Assembly: GCA_963720565.1 (NCBI GenBank)
Contig: CAVRFW010000003.1
Location: 1-64,000 of the forward strand
Origin: Candidatus Bathyarchaeota archaeon
Lineage (GTDB): Archaea > Thermoproteota > Bathyarchaeia > Bathyarchaeales > Bathycorpusculaceae
DNA length: 64,000 nt
Reading direction: 5' to 3'
The notes beneath the pieces are model-generated. The model had not been told where the DNA came from. It saw nothing but the letters and a program-made list of their open reading frames with translations, and made no database searches. Positions 28,812-39,695 of this stretch are shown in pieces. Position 1 is the first letter of the stretch, and each line of letters starts with the position of its first letter. The position numbers and the translations under genes were made by a program.

Positions 28812-29688
28812 ATGGAATACAGGCACCTGGGCAAGACAGGTCTAAAAGTCAGCATCATAGGCATAGGCAATGAACACCTGAAGAAAAGTCCCAGCAGAAG
28901 AAATCACCCGCATACTCAGTTTAGCCCTCAGGGAAGGCGTAAACTACTTCGACCTCGTGTGGTCTTTCCCAAACATAATCGACGGTTTAGATGCTGCTTT
29001 GCACAAGGAAAACGCGAACGCTATTCTAGCTTTTCATCTTGGCTCATGCCTCAGCAACGGCAAATACAAGAGAAGCCGTGACCCTTCCGAATGCGAAAAA
29101 CACCTAAGACTGCTGCTCGAGAGACTGAACCTGGACTACGCGCCTGTACTCACAATTCACTATGTACCCAACCTCAGGATCTGGAGAGAACTCAGTCGAA
29201 GGGGCATAATCTCCCTCGCGAAAAAACTAAAACAAGAAGGACTCGCCAAAGCCCTTTCAGTCAGCACACACGACCCCGAAGTAGTCAAGTCAGCAGCCGA
29301 GTCAGGCACAGTAGACTGCGTTATGCACCAAGTCAACGTTGCCAACCACATGTATGCCGCAAGAAATGACGCGTTGAGAGTATGCAGCAGACTCGGAGTA
29401 GGCGTCGTGGCAATGAAACCCTTCGCCGGCGGAGAACTGCTCAAGCCAGGAAAGAAAGTCACTATCCCAATTTACAAAACAGGCTGGAAAATGAGAACCA
29501 TAACCGTTCCACAAGAAACCACAACAACCAAACTCCTAAGCTACACTCTTAATCAACCCGGAGTGTGCACAGCCGTCACAGGAATAGCATCACTCAAAGA
29601 ACTAACAGACAACCTGAACTACCTAAACGCCTCAAACCAAGACAAAGACTATGCCGCGCTAATTAAGAACTTAGAAGCACAAGAATAA
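28812..29688 (+). CDS. aldo/keto reductase, frameshift near 28890
   Basis: MEYRHLGKTGLKVSIIGIG, GVNYFD, SVSTH, VAMKPFAGG. Confidence 0.85.
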
Positions 29689-29762
29689 GAAAAGAGCCGC
29701 GGTCTCTCGTTCAGCCAAATTTGATTTCTCCCCTCACTCAAAATCGGCAAAAAGCCATTCAG

Positions 29763-30326
29763 TTAGAGTTCAACTGAACCCGCTTTCAATACCACGCTGG
29801 CTATTCTTTTTCTTCTGGTTTCATCCTTTTTCGCATTGTTAACCCAGTGGACATACTGGAGCTTGGTCGAATTCGAAAACCCGCTGAAATTCTTCCAGGC
29901 AACCTCGTTTTTCTTAAGCGCTTCTGCCAGGTCCTCAGGAATTGTCGGAGCCGCCTTCGACGAGTACGCAGCGTCCCACCGCCCATTTCCTTTAGCTTCA
30001 CACACCGCTTCAAACCCAGCCAGTGCCATTTTTTCTTCCCGAATCATCTTTTCAGCTCGATCTCTGTTACTTTTTGACCAAATACTTCCTTTTTTTCTGG
30101 GCGTAAATCTCTGACGAAACCTAGCCGCATCTACGCTCTGCATTTTGCCATCAATCCAGCCGAAACAAATTGCTTCTTCAACAGCCTCCTCGTACCTTAA
30201 TCCTCTGTTACCGGAATTTTTCTTGTGAATAATTACCCAGATCTCCTTCTCGGAAGAATGATTTTCCTCAAGCCATCTACGCCATTCACAGCGGTCAACG
30301 AATTCCAGGTCAAACGTTTCAGGCAT
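29763..30326 (-). CDS. YdeI/OmpD-associated family protein
   Basis: WRRWLEENH, EAICFGWID, FTPRKKGSIWS, AKKDETRRKRI. Confidence 0.88.
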   Translation of the reverse strand: MPETFDLEFVDRCEWRRWLEENHSSEKEIWVIIHKKNSGNRGLRYEEAVEEAICFGWIDGKMQSVDAARFRQRFTPRKKGSIWSKSNRDRAEKMIREEKMALAGFEAVCEAKGNGRWDAAYSSKAAPTIPEDLAEALKKNEVAWKNFSGFSNSTKLQYVHWVNNAKKDETRRKRIASVVLKAGSVEL

Positions 30327-30396
30327 ATCAATACCCGCTTGCATAACCACGTTAGCGACTGACGAATCTGCATTTGCCGTGCGGAGAGTCCTTTTG

Positions 30397-31576
30397 TTAT
30401 GCGCTGGCTCGGTGAACTCCATCCAGCTTGTTTAGGCTGTCAAGAACTTTCTGTCCGACTTTCTGGTGAACGATGTAGACGGCTATCGCGCAGCCATTCC
30501 CGATTTGCCTAGACGGAGTCTCCCTTATGTTTATTCCATGGTCAGCCAGCACCTTATCTATTTTCGCGAACATCCCTGGCTTGTCATCATGATAAACAAA
30601 CAGCGGATAGAACGGCCTACTCTCAAGCTCGATGTTCTCACCCACATTCACCGCGTCCAAGAAGTCTCCCCTCTTAAGAAAATCAGCAACCGCCTGCGCA
30701 ATCTCTATCGACGTTTTCAACTGGGCTTCTTTTGTCGAGGCTCCCAAATGAGGACTAAAAACAACATTATCCAACTCCCTTAGCTTGCTTCTGAAATCGT
30801 CTCCTTCACTCTCTGGGTTCGGTTTCGTAAACGTCAAGAGCAGTCCCCGCAATTCTCCCTTCCCTGAGAGCGCTAAACAAGGCTTCCTCATCAACGATGC
30901 ACCCTCTAGAAGTGTTAACCAGAAAAGCCGTAGGCTTCATCAGCGAAATCTCTTTTTCACCTAATACCACTTCTTTACCGCTGGCATGGATGCTGATGTA
31001 ATCAGACCTTCTAAGAACCTCCTCCTTGGGCAAAAACTTGATTCTCGAGTTAACCTTGACCACAGGATCGTAACCCACCACGTCCATGTGGAACCCCAAA
31101 ACCAACTCGCCAAGCCGCTGTCCAATCCTGCCACACCCGATTATGCCCAACGTTTTTCCGCTAAGCTCCAAACCCTCAAAAGACTTCTTATTCCAAACAC
31201 CGTGCTTAAGAGAACAATGCGCCTGAGGTAGTTTCCTTGAAACATTCAGCATCAGGGCAAGAGCCAACTCCGCCGTCGAGTTAATGTTGCTCCACGGAGC
31301 ATTCTTAACCACGACCCCGTTCTGAGAGGCAGCAACCGTGTCAATATTATCGTACCCGATGCCCGCTCTCCCCACAACCTTCAAATTCCCCCTCACACCC
31401 GCCTCGATAACATCCGTCGTGACAATAGTCGCGCTTCTAACAACCAATGCATCAAAATCTCCAATCTCTCGGACAAGGGCTTTCGGGCTTCTCTTCTTCG
31501 TGTCAGTAGCGATTCCAGCTTCCTCAAAAATCCGCAATCCTTCCACGTTTAAACCATCATTCAGCAACACTCTCAC
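30397..31576 (-). CDS. serA: D-3-phosphoglycerate dehydrogenase with C-terminal ACT domain, frameshift near 30810
   Basis: VRSAT, RAGIGYDNID, GCGRIG, NTSRG, DVYETEP, SPHLGASTKEAQ, HDDKPG. Confidence 0.85.
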
Positions 31577-31746
31577 ATTTCAGCACCCAATTCTCATTTT
31601 GAGCCTTCCTAGCCTATAGATGTTTCCCGCAGACTAATCCTTCGCCCAATTTTCCTTATGATGATCCCTCATAGAAGAAGAGGCGTTTAGGAGCCATAGC
31701 CCCATTAGAATAGGACTTAGCAACTTCTCCATATCCAAAGAGGCGT

Positions 31747-32700
31747 TCAGGATCTTCGGGCGGATTCCGTTGTCCTTCTTCTTCTGGTGATAAGGAAAAC
31801 GCCAAAGAATATGAGCAAGCCTCCCACAAGCGCAAAAAACGTAATCTCCTCGTTGACGAACACAGCAGCAAACAGCACTGTTACCAACGGCTCAGCAAAA
31901 AGAAACGAACTCGTTGAAGCAGCACTTGAATGCTTAAGCACGTAGAACCAGATATAGTATCCAAGCAGCGAACATGTGAAAGCCAAATACAGAATCGCTA
32001 ACCACTCTTGGCCACTCAAAGCAAAGATATTTCTAAACGAGTCTTCGGCCAAAGAAAAGGGAACAAGAAAAATTCCCCCCAAAATATTCACGTAAGCCAC
32101 GATGAGAAATGGATCGTACTTGTCCATCACCTTCTTACCGAGCAGAGTATACGCTGCCCAGAGCACAGGAGTCGAGAGTAAGATGAGACTTCCAAGAAAG
32201 AAAGTCAGGTTTCCCTGAAGGTTCAATGTTCCACCGACGACAACCGCAAAGGTGCCAACAGATGCCAATCCAATGCCGAAAAACTGTGTTCTTGAGAGGC
32301 TCTCTTTAAACAAGTAGGCTGAGAGCAGGCTAATCAGAACAGGAGACAACAAACAAACAAGAATCGATGCAACCGAAGCACTCGCCATCTGAATACCAGT
32401 ATACTGAGCCATAAAAAAGACAGTGACGCCTGAAAAAGCCAGAACACTAATGACAGGCAAGTCTTTCTTTTCGACAAGAACCCTGTAACTTCGGTTTCTA
32501 GCCCTGTTCAAGAGGAGAACCAGACAGAAAAGTCCACCAGCCAAAAGGAACCTGAAAGTGGCAATAGCAACAGGGCCTAACCCTTCCCTCAGAATCGCCT
32601 TAACAACCACAAAAGAGCTTCCCCAAAAAACAATCAGAAACAACATGAGAATAACGTTGATTAGACTGATGGATCTCTCTTCCATACCAACCAGTCCCAT
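31747..32700 (-). CDS. EamA/DMT family transporter
   Basis: About ten TM helices, FWGSSF, two EamA repeats, AEP. Confidence 0.9.
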   Translation of the reverse strand: MGLVGMEERSISLINVILMLFLIVFWGSSFVVVKAILREGLGPVAIATFRFLLAGGLFCLVLLLNRARNRSYRVLVEKKDLPVISVLAFSGVTVFFMAQYTGIQMASASVASILVCLLSPVLISLLSAYLFKESLSRTQFFGIGLASVGTFAVVVGGTLNLQGNLTFFLGSLILLSTPVLWAAYTLLGKKVMDKYDPFLIVAYVNILGGIFLVPFSLAEDSFRNIFALSGQEWLAILYLAFTCSLLGYYIWFYVLKHSSAASTSSFLFAEPLVTVLFAAVFVNEEITFFALVGGLLIFFGVFLITRRRRTTESARRS

Positions 32701-32825
32701 GCACCTTCTAATAAAGAATTCACGTTAGACTAACTGAAGAACTACTGAAACCCGGAAATACGGATAATACCTGCTTGCGCGAAGATGAAAACCGATTAAA
32801 ATTGACAGAGGAATTGTCCAAGCAA

Positions 32826-32848
32826 TTTCCATACAAAATTCTTAATTA
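32826..32848 (+). repeat. 23-bp direct repeat, left copy
   Basis: TTTCCATACAAAATTCTTAATTA, identical to 36877-36899. Confidence 0.9.
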
Positions 32849-33099
32849 ACCATGAAAAATCCAAGATTAACTTGCTTTTCTGAAGATTTTGGTCAGACAA
32901 GAATAGAGGTTTGCTGGGGCTCCGGAAAATGAAATGAAAGGAGAAAAGGAAAATGCAAATCTCGATGGCTACTGCAAAGCCATCGTGAACTTGATCCTGA
33001 GCCCACTCAGCCCCAACTTTCTCCTTTTGCTGTTTGTTATTCGGATTGTTTATTGGGGACTAAAAAAGGGGAAAGAGAAAGCTAGTGCTTTCAAGAGGT

Positions 33100-35607
33100 T
33101 TAGCGTTTTCTTAGCAGCAGCGCGAGTACTACGCCGACTATTGCGATTGCAGCTATTATTCCGCCTATTCCTGGCAGAATGTATTGGTCAGCCAATGATG
33201 TAGGAGTACTTGCTGGTTCAGGGGTTGCAGCGGGTGCTTCTTCCACGTTTATTGCGGTTTCTGAGAATGAAGGCCAGTAGGCTTTAGAGCCTGCGAATCG
33301 GGCTACGAGTGTGTATTCGCCTGGAACTTCCGGAGTGAACGCCAACTTGTAGAAGCCTGTTAGGTCACTGGTTGTTCTGCCGACCTCGTAGTAGTTGTTG
33401 TTAGGATCAAGCACTTCAATTACAACTTCTACGCCTGATGCAGTAGTTGGGCATTCAAACTGTTTGTAGACATATAGCATCCATTCGCTCTGACTATTGT
33501 CAGAAACTGCGGGAACACCATTTGGAAAACGAGTCGTCAATGCGGAAGACTTTGTGCCAGCCGATGTGTCTGTTACCATGCCTTTCACTAGAACACTGTC
33601 ACCATGCGTGACAACATCATCTTGTATCGTAACTGAAGTTGCGCTTGGACCTTTACCTACAGCCCAAACTTGCTGGTCGTAAGTGTCCATTGTTGCGTAG
33701 ATGCTGTCGCCCATTACTGCGTTTCCACCCCAGCGAGTAGCACGGTACATGCCGTTAACCCTCCAGACCACAGCGCCTGTTTCAGCGTCAAGACATATTA
33801 AGGGTCCGCCACGCGGAATTGGCATCTCAGCAGAGTGCTCACAAGTGCCTACATAGACTTTCCCGTCAGCAATCAATGTTATCCAGCCCCACCATCTTTG
33901 ACCTGTTACTGGTTCACCGTACGCATCAGTCATCTCGTAAGTCCACACTGCGTCTCCTGTTGCGAGGTCATAAGCGTATACTATGCCGCCAACGCCGACG
34001 GAGAAGAGTTTACCGTAGGCAAAGTACCAAGTGTGTTCAGCATTGCCCCAACCATAAGCGTCAAGCCAATGCTCACTCTCGGTGGCCCACAGGTAGTTAC
34101 CGTTTTCTAAGCTGAAGCCATAATGCGTCGTCAGTTCCTTGTTCCATATTGCGATAACGCCGCCTTCAACATAGTCAGTTGCGCCAACATAGTGCAGAGT
34201 ATTAGCGCCTTCGAACCATTCAGCAGGTGCATTCCAGCTTTTGTCGAATAGCAATTGTCCTCTGTTGGTTGGAGTCGTACCTAAAGCCCAGACTCTCACC
34301 CTTGTTCGATTGAAGTCCATGGAAACTACTCTGTCAGGCAAAACCTTCAGTATCGGTGAGAAGAATGAAAGCCCAGCTGTCAATCCTGCGGGAATCGTCA
34401 CGTTCCACGAGTAGCATTTCGGGGTTGAAGCGTTTATTTCTTGTCCGTGATTGTAACCTGTGCCCCAGCTTCCAAAGTCGCCTTCGAATGTGAAGATTGA
34501 CTGACCGGCAGCAGTAGAGTTCCAAAGAGCCATCCAGTTGTTCTCATAGTCGATTTGCCAGATGAGAATTTCGCCGCTTGGACCATAGGTCTGAGCTACG
34601 CCTGAAGGAACGTCGACGAATGACAACTGCCATTCACCAGTGAAGGGGTCGTACGCGTTCCATCTTGCAGGTGTTCCAAATCCCCCAGCTGTTTCCCAAA
34701 TGTAGGTGAAAACACCGTCATAGTTCCAGCTGTTGAAGTAGAGGATCTGACCAAACGATAGCGTTGTGCCGTTCTTGAACCACAGTTCTTCTCCGGTATG
34801 CAAATCTACTGCATAGATTCCACTTTGAGGCGAGTCAGCCCTGTTGTAGTAGAGGACTCCGTTTAACACCACTGAATCGGGGAATTTGCCTTCATATGCA
34901 TCTCCTGTTTCTGAGGATGCTGGAACCCCAGTCCAGAGGCCGCCAGTTAAACCGCCAGTAGTTAAAGGTTTTGACCATAGTACGTGGGCAGTCTCTGGCG
35001 CATCGTCGTTGTAGAGGGCGATTGAGTTATCAGATCTCCTTACCCAGTTGCCTGAGATAGGGTACCATTCTCTGAGCTGCGGGTCAATTGGGCGAGTCCA
35101 ATACTCCGCGGGTAGGGGATGGCCTGGATATTTCGGCAGTGGGTCTTGCTGTACGACAAGGTTAACCGTGTCTGTGCTTGCTTGCATCACTGTGCCATCA
35201 AAAATCATGTTGCCACCTTCATAGTTGAAGAAGGCGCCCCATTTCCAAACCTGCTCTGGATAATTTAATTTGAGTGTATATGTGCCTACTGCGTTTGGTA
35301 CGTAAAGTGTAGCGGTTCCGCCTGTAGAGTCTGTCTTTAACGGTCCAAGGGTCTGGGTTGTATTGTCTGGTTTGGTAACGGTTATTGTCAGACCCTCATA
35401 TCCGTCTGCGACGCTCGGCAATTGTTGCAGAATGCCGAAACGGATAAGCACGTCCTCGCCAACGCCCACGGGGCTGGGAACAGCATCAATGAATGGATAG
35501 GTTCTCAGAGTAACTCCCGGTTGCGCGTTAGAGTTTGAAGCAAATAGTGAAAAAGCCATCGCAAACACTAAAATAGCAATCGTTATAGTTGTCTTATTTC
35601 TTGTCAA
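33100..35607 (-). CDS. secreted PQQ-like beta-propeller surface protein with C-terminal membrane anchor
   Basis: Signal peptide, repeated AxDxxTG..W motifs, Ig-like ends, Pro/Thr linker, TM helix and RKR tail. Confidence 0.88.
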   Translation of the reverse strand: MTRNKTTITIAILVFAMAFSLFASNSNAQPGVTLRTYPFIDAVPSPVGVGEDVLIRFGILQQLPSVADGYEGLTITVTKPDNTTQTLGPLKTDSTGGTATLYVPNAVGTYTLKLNYPEQVWKWGAFFNYEGGNMIFDGTVMQASTDTVNLVVQQDPLPKYPGHPLPAEYWTRPIDPQLREWYPISGNWVRRSDNSIALYNDDAPETAHVLWSKPLTTGGLTGGLWTGVPASSETGDAYEGKFPDSVVLNGVLYYNRADSPQSGIYAVDLHTGEELWFKNGTTLSFGQILYFNSWNYDGVFTYIWETAGGFGTPARWNAYDPFTGEWQLSFVDVPSGVAQTYGPSGEILIWQIDYENNWMALWNSTAAGQSIFTFEGDFGSWGTGYNHGQEINASTPKCYSWNVTIPAGLTAGLSFFSPILKVLPDRVVSMDFNRTRVRVWALGTTPTNRGQLLFDKSWNAPAEWFEGANTLHYVGATDYVEGGVIAIWNKELTTHYGFSLENGNYLWATESEHWLDAYGWGNAEHTWYFAYGKLFSVGVGGIVYAYDLATGDAVWTYEMTDAYGEPVTGQRWWGWITLIADGKVYVGTCEHSAEMPIPRGGPLICLDAETGAVVWRVNGMYRATRWGGNAVMGDSIYATMDTYDQQVWAVGKGPSATSVTIQDDVVTHGDSVLVKGMVTDTSAGTKSSALTTRFPNGVPAVSDNSQSEWMLYVYKQFECPTTASGVEVVIEVLDPNNNYYEVGRTTSDLTGFYKLAFTPEVPGEYTLVARFAGSKAYWPSFSETAINVEEAPAATPEPASTPTSLADQYILPGIGGIIAAIAIVGVVLALLLRKR

Positions 35608-35813
35608 TTTTTCTTTTTCTCCTTAAATTATAATACACATTTCTGCGTACGCTCGCATTATTCTAGTTGCCCTTTATAAAGTCTTGCAAGAAAAGGCTTC
35701 TTGTCTGATAAAACAATAGCATAGCCTATAATAAGTATTAAAATGTAAGAATGACATTCACGCGAAGACCTTAAATCAGTGCAAACAGATGATTTAGCAA
35801 GTGATGAATTCTG

Positions 35814-36311
35814 GTGGCAACAAAAAAAGTAATCGATAAGGCAATTGATGAAATAGATATCATAATAATTAAGCGTCTGCTCAAGAATTCGCGCACGAGT
35901 TTTGCGGAAATCGCGAAAGAATGCAAAGTATCAACTCTTACTATCAAGAACCGTCATAGTCGCCTGAAAAAAGCACGCATAATTAGAGGCTCAACTGTAA
36001 TTGCAGCCGAAGAACACATCCACGGCGTCGAAGGCATAGTGGACTCGGGAATAATGGTCAACAGCCAGGAAGTAGACTCGTTTGTCAAATACGTTCACAA
36101 CCTCTTTCAAAACAAGAAAATTTATTGGTGCTTCCCCGTCAAGCTTAATCGCGCATACAATGTGTCAGTAACGGTGCTGGCTGGAAGCATTCGAGAAATA
36201 CAACAAATTAAAGACGCATTGATGCGGCACCCAGCTGTAATAAGCATAAGTATAGCGATTTGGACCGCCATAAGAAATATTCCTCAGAATTTAGACCCAA
36301 AACCCACATGA
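35814..36311 (+). CDS. Lrp/AsnC transcriptional regulator
   Basis: IDEIDIIIIKRLLKNSRTSFAEIAKEC HTH plus RAM-like domain. Confidence 0.88.
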   Translation: MATKKVIDKAIDEIDIIIIKRLLKNSRTSFAEIAKECKVSTLTIKNRHSRLKKARIIRGSTVIAAEEHIHGVEGIVDSGIMVNSQEVDSFVKYVHNLFQNKKIYWCFPVKLNRAYNVSVTVLAGSIREIQQIKDALMRHPAVISISIAIWTAIRNIPQNLDPKPT

Positions 36312-36315
36312 GAGC

Positions 36316-36801
36316 TTGGTGATAAGCATGGATGATGTAGATTTGCGAATCATTCAAACACTTGCCAAGAACTCCCGAGCATCTTTCAGAAAGATCGCCA
36401 AGGAGACGGGTCTTTCCACAGATACCGTGATGAGAAGATACAAAAGACTCGAAAGAGAAGGCGAGATTCAACCTACAATAATAGTTGATTTTATGAAGCT
36501 TGGGTTTGAAGGCTTCGTGTATTTCGCTGTAAGAGTTTCCGCCGAAAGCAGTCTCTCCAAGGTAACTGAGGAAGTAGCCAGAATTCCGAACGTTACGACA
36601 ATCATGAAAGCAACCGGCCCGTATGACTTAATGATAGTCGCTTGTGTGAGGAACATGACGCATGCATTCAAAATAGGAGAAGAAATTGAAGAAACATCAG
36701 GTATCACAAAGGTTGCAATAGACTTGTTTTTGCCGCCGTACAGCGGAGAAGCTAATTTTCCACCACCTGATTGGCACAATCTACATACCCAAAATCTATA
36801 G
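36316..36801 (+). CDS. Lrp/AsnC transcriptional regulator
   Basis: DDVDLRIIQTLAKNSRASFRKIAKETGLS, TGPYDL. Confidence 0.9.
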   Translation: MVISMDDVDLRIIQTLAKNSRASFRKIAKETGLSTDTVMRRYKRLEREGEIQPTIIVDFMKLGFEGFVYFAVRVSAESSLSKVTEEVARIPNVTTIMKATGPYDLMIVACVRNMTHAFKIGEEIEETSGITKVAIDLFLPPYSGEANFPPPDWHNLHTQNL

Positions 36802-36876
36802 GTTTCGCGTCCCAGAGCACCAGCAAACCCTTCGGCTCATGAAGTCTAGCGGTAGAGTGAAATAATTATCTGGGTG

Positions 36877-36899
36877 TTTCCATACAAAATTCTTAATTA
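36877..36899 (+). repeat. 23-bp direct repeat, right copy, in the ilvC promoter region
   Basis: Identical to 32826-32848; flanked by a 13-bp repeat TAATTATCTGGGT at 36863 and 36894. Confidence 0.9.
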
Positions 36900-36936
36900 T
36901 CTGGGTTTAGTAGGTAGTCTGGTCTGAGGAATTGTA

Positions 36937-38004
36937 ATGGTAGAATTAGACTTTGGCGGCGTCAAAGAAAACGTCGTAACACGAAAAGAGTTCACAGTCG
37001 AAAAAGCACGAGAAATCCTAAAAGACGAAGTTGTCGTCTCGCTCGGATACGGAATCCAAGGCCGAGCACAATCACTCAACATGAGAGACAACGGCATAAA
37101 AGTAATCATCGGCCAAGAAAAAACCAGCTTCAACAAACCCTACTACGACCAAGCCGTGCAAGACGGCTGGGTACCAGGCGAAAACCTGTTCTCAATGGAA
37201 GAAGCCGCGCGCCGCGGAACAATCAAAATGTTCCTCCTCACCGACGCGGGACAACGAGAAATGTGGCCTACAATAAAAGCTACCCTCAAAGAAGGCGACG
37301 CCCTATACTTCTCACACGGCTTCTCAATCGTCTACGGAAACATAACCGGCGTAGTTCCGCCGAAAAACATGGACGTCATACTAGTAGCTCCCAAAGGCTC
37401 AGGCACATCCGTCAGGAGAAACTTTGTAGCCGGAAGCGGAATAAACAGCAGCTTCGCCGTACACCAAGACTACACCGGAAAAGCAGTCAACCGCGTAAAA
37501 GCAATCGGCATAGCAATAGGCTCAGGATACCTCTTCCCAACAACATTCGAAAAAGAAGTCTACAGCGACCTAACCGGAGAAAGAGGCGTACTGATGGGCG
37601 CACTAGCAGGCATAATGGAAGCCCAATACGACACGCTCCGCGAACGCGGACACAGCCCCAGCGAAGCCTTCAACGAAACCGTAGAAGAACTCACCCAAAG
37701 CCTCATCAGACTAGTAGACGAAAACGGCATGGACTGGATGTACTGCAACTGCAGCGAAACCGCACGCATCGGCGCACTGAGATGGCGCAAAAAATTCCGC
37801 GAAGGCACAAAACCCCTCTTCGAATCACTCTACGAACTCGTCGCGTCCGGAGAAGAAACCCGCATCGTCCTAGACAAAAGCTCCCAAGCAGACTATAGAC
37901 AAAAACTAGCCGCAGAACTAAAAGAAATGGGCCAATCCGAAATGTGGCGAGCAGGAACCACCGTACGAAGCCTGAGACCCGAAAAGCAAAAACCGCCAGA
38001 ATAG
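36937..38004 (+). CDS. ilvC: ketol-acid reductoisomerase
   Basis: GYGIQG, FSHGF, VAPKGSG, EVYSDLTGERGVLMG, EAFNETVEE, CSETARIGAL. Confidence 0.95.
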   Translation: MVELDFGGVKENVVTRKEFTVEKAREILKDEVVVSLGYGIQGRAQSLNMRDNGIKVIIGQEKTSFNKPYYDQAVQDGWVPGENLFSMEEAARRGTIKMFLLTDAGQREMWPTIKATLKEGDALYFSHGFSIVYGNITGVVPPKNMDVILVAPKGSGTSVRRNFVAGSGINSSFAVHQDYTGKAVNRVKAIGIAIGSGYLFPTTFEKEVYSDLTGERGVLMGALAGIMEAQYDTLRERGHSPSEAFNETVEELTQSLIRLVDENGMDWMYCNCSETARIGALRWRKKFREGTKPLFESLYELVASGEETRIVLDKSSQADYRQKLAAELKEMGQSEMWRAGTTVRSLRPEKQKPPE

Positions 38005-38119
38005 CAACCCACCCAGAGAATAACAACTCTGCACATAATTTGCGTTTTTTTAGACAAAGCATTTTTTATACTTGAGACGTGGCGATTGGTAGAATAAAAA
38101 ACCAGCTGCGCACCATTTC

Positions 38120-39481
38120 ATGAACTACACTGCCATAGCCTCACTGATAATATTCGCAGTCACAGTATTACTCATGATCAAGCGCCCCAGAGGCTTAAAA
38201 CTGGGATACGCAGCGGCAATCGGCGCAGTAGCCTCACTTCTCATCGGAACAATCACCATAAACGAAGCCGCGCAATCGTTCTTCGACATTTGGGACGCCG
38301 CACTCGCCTTCATCGGAATAATCACCCTATCCGTTACACTAGACGCTGCAGGTTTCTTCAAATGGGCCGCCATCAGAGTAGTCAAACTCGCAAAAGGGAG
38401 CGGCGTTCGGCTCTTCTTCTACGTGTCTCTGCTGACCGCGACAGTAAGCATTCTCTTCGCCAACGACAGCGCCGTGCTAATCCTCACGCCCATAGTGCTC
38501 GAGATCATCAGCCAACTAAAGATCGATTCAAAAGGCAGACTTGCCTACCTCTTCTCAGCCGGACTCATAGCCGACACCGCAGCCATGCCCTTGATCACAA
38601 GCAACCCCATAAACATAGTCAGCGCTGACTTCTTCCAATACAGCTTCATCGACCACCTAATCTTCATGGGACCCGTCGCCATAGCAACAACAGCAAGCAG
38701 CCTCCTCCTGCTCTACGGGTTCTTCAGGAATAAAATCCCTAAAACCTACTCCTCAGAACTCGTCGATACATTAGCTAACGGGACGCAGTCCATAACGTCT
38801 GGTTTTCTCAGAATCAGCGCCGCAACTCTAATCGCAATCGACGTGGGGTACGTCATCGCCTCGTGGAACAGGGTTCCAGTATCACTCATCATCTGTTCAG
38901 GCGCCCTTTTCCTCTTGATTGCCTACCTAGCAACCTTAAACCACAAAATCTCACTCAATGGCGAAAGAAAAGGTTTGAAAAGCATAGCAAAAGAGATCAA
39001 CTGGGACATAGTGCTGTTCATGTTGGGCATATTCCTCGTAGTTCAAGGGTTAAGACAAGCAGGCGTCGTAGAAAACCTCGCTTCAATCCTCACACAGGCA
39101 ACCTTGCTTCCAAACGTTCTAGGCGTTCTCGCCCCAAGCCTAATAGTCACCATAGGAGCAAGCTTCATGAACAATTGGCCCATGACAATTCTAGGACTAA
39201 TGGCAATAGAACAAGCCGTTGCCACATTAGGCTTGAGCGGCCAAGCGCTGACAAGCCTCATCTTCTCCAACATCATCGGAAATAACCTTGGACCCCACTT
39301 CTTCCCCCTAGGCTCTTTAGCCATAATCATGTGGCTAGAAACCATGCGGAAAAAAGGAGTCAGAATAAGCCTAAAGGACTACCTAAAAATCGGATCCGTC
39401 TTATCACTCGCCGAAGTACTAATCGCATCAACCATCCTACGGATCGAGCTAAACATACTCGGCTTTCAACTACTAATTTAA
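38120..39481 (+). CDS. arsB: ArsB/NhaD-family arsenite efflux transporter
   Basis: FANDSAVLILTPIV, IADTAAMPLITSNPINIV, MNNWP, NLGP, GSLA. Confidence 0.85.
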   Translation: MNYTAIASLIIFAVTVLLMIKRPRGLKLGYAAAIGAVASLLIGTITINEAAQSFFDIWDAALAFIGIITLSVTLDAAGFFKWAAIRVVKLAKGSGVRLFFYVSLLTATVSILFANDSAVLILTPIVLEIISQLKIDSKGRLAYLFSAGLIADTAAMPLITSNPINIVSADFFQYSFIDHLIFMGPVAIATTASSLLLLYGFFRNKIPKTYSSELVDTLANGTQSITSGFLRISAATLIAIDVGYVIASWNRVPVSLIICSGALFLLIAYLATLNHKISLNGERKGLKSIAKEINWDIVLFMLGIFLVVQGLRQAGVVENLASILTQATLLPNVLGVLAPSLIVTIGASFMNNWPMTILGLMAIEQAVATLGLSGQALTSLIFSNIIGNNLGPHFFPLGSLAIIMWLETMRKKGVRISLKDYLKIGSVLSLAEVLIASTILRIELNILGFQLLI

Positions 39482-39695
39482 CCCGAAAACATCCTCCAAT
39501 CACAAACTCAAAACACGCCTAACAAAGTAAAAGACTAGAAAACGGAGATCTGCTGTCTTCTATCCGACAAGCAGCTACTTTTCTTTGTTAACTCGTTAAT
39601 TAGCTGTCGATTTCCCAATCGGAGACTGACTAACGGTACATAACCTTTTAATCTCCCAAAATACACGACGCTAAATCAAGGAAGGTTACCAGCCA

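Noticed and set aside
32750..32790. GGATAATACCTGC resembling part of a TPP riboswitch
   Set aside because: The CTGAGA and other core elements are missing, and it is on the wrong strand for the adjacent transporter
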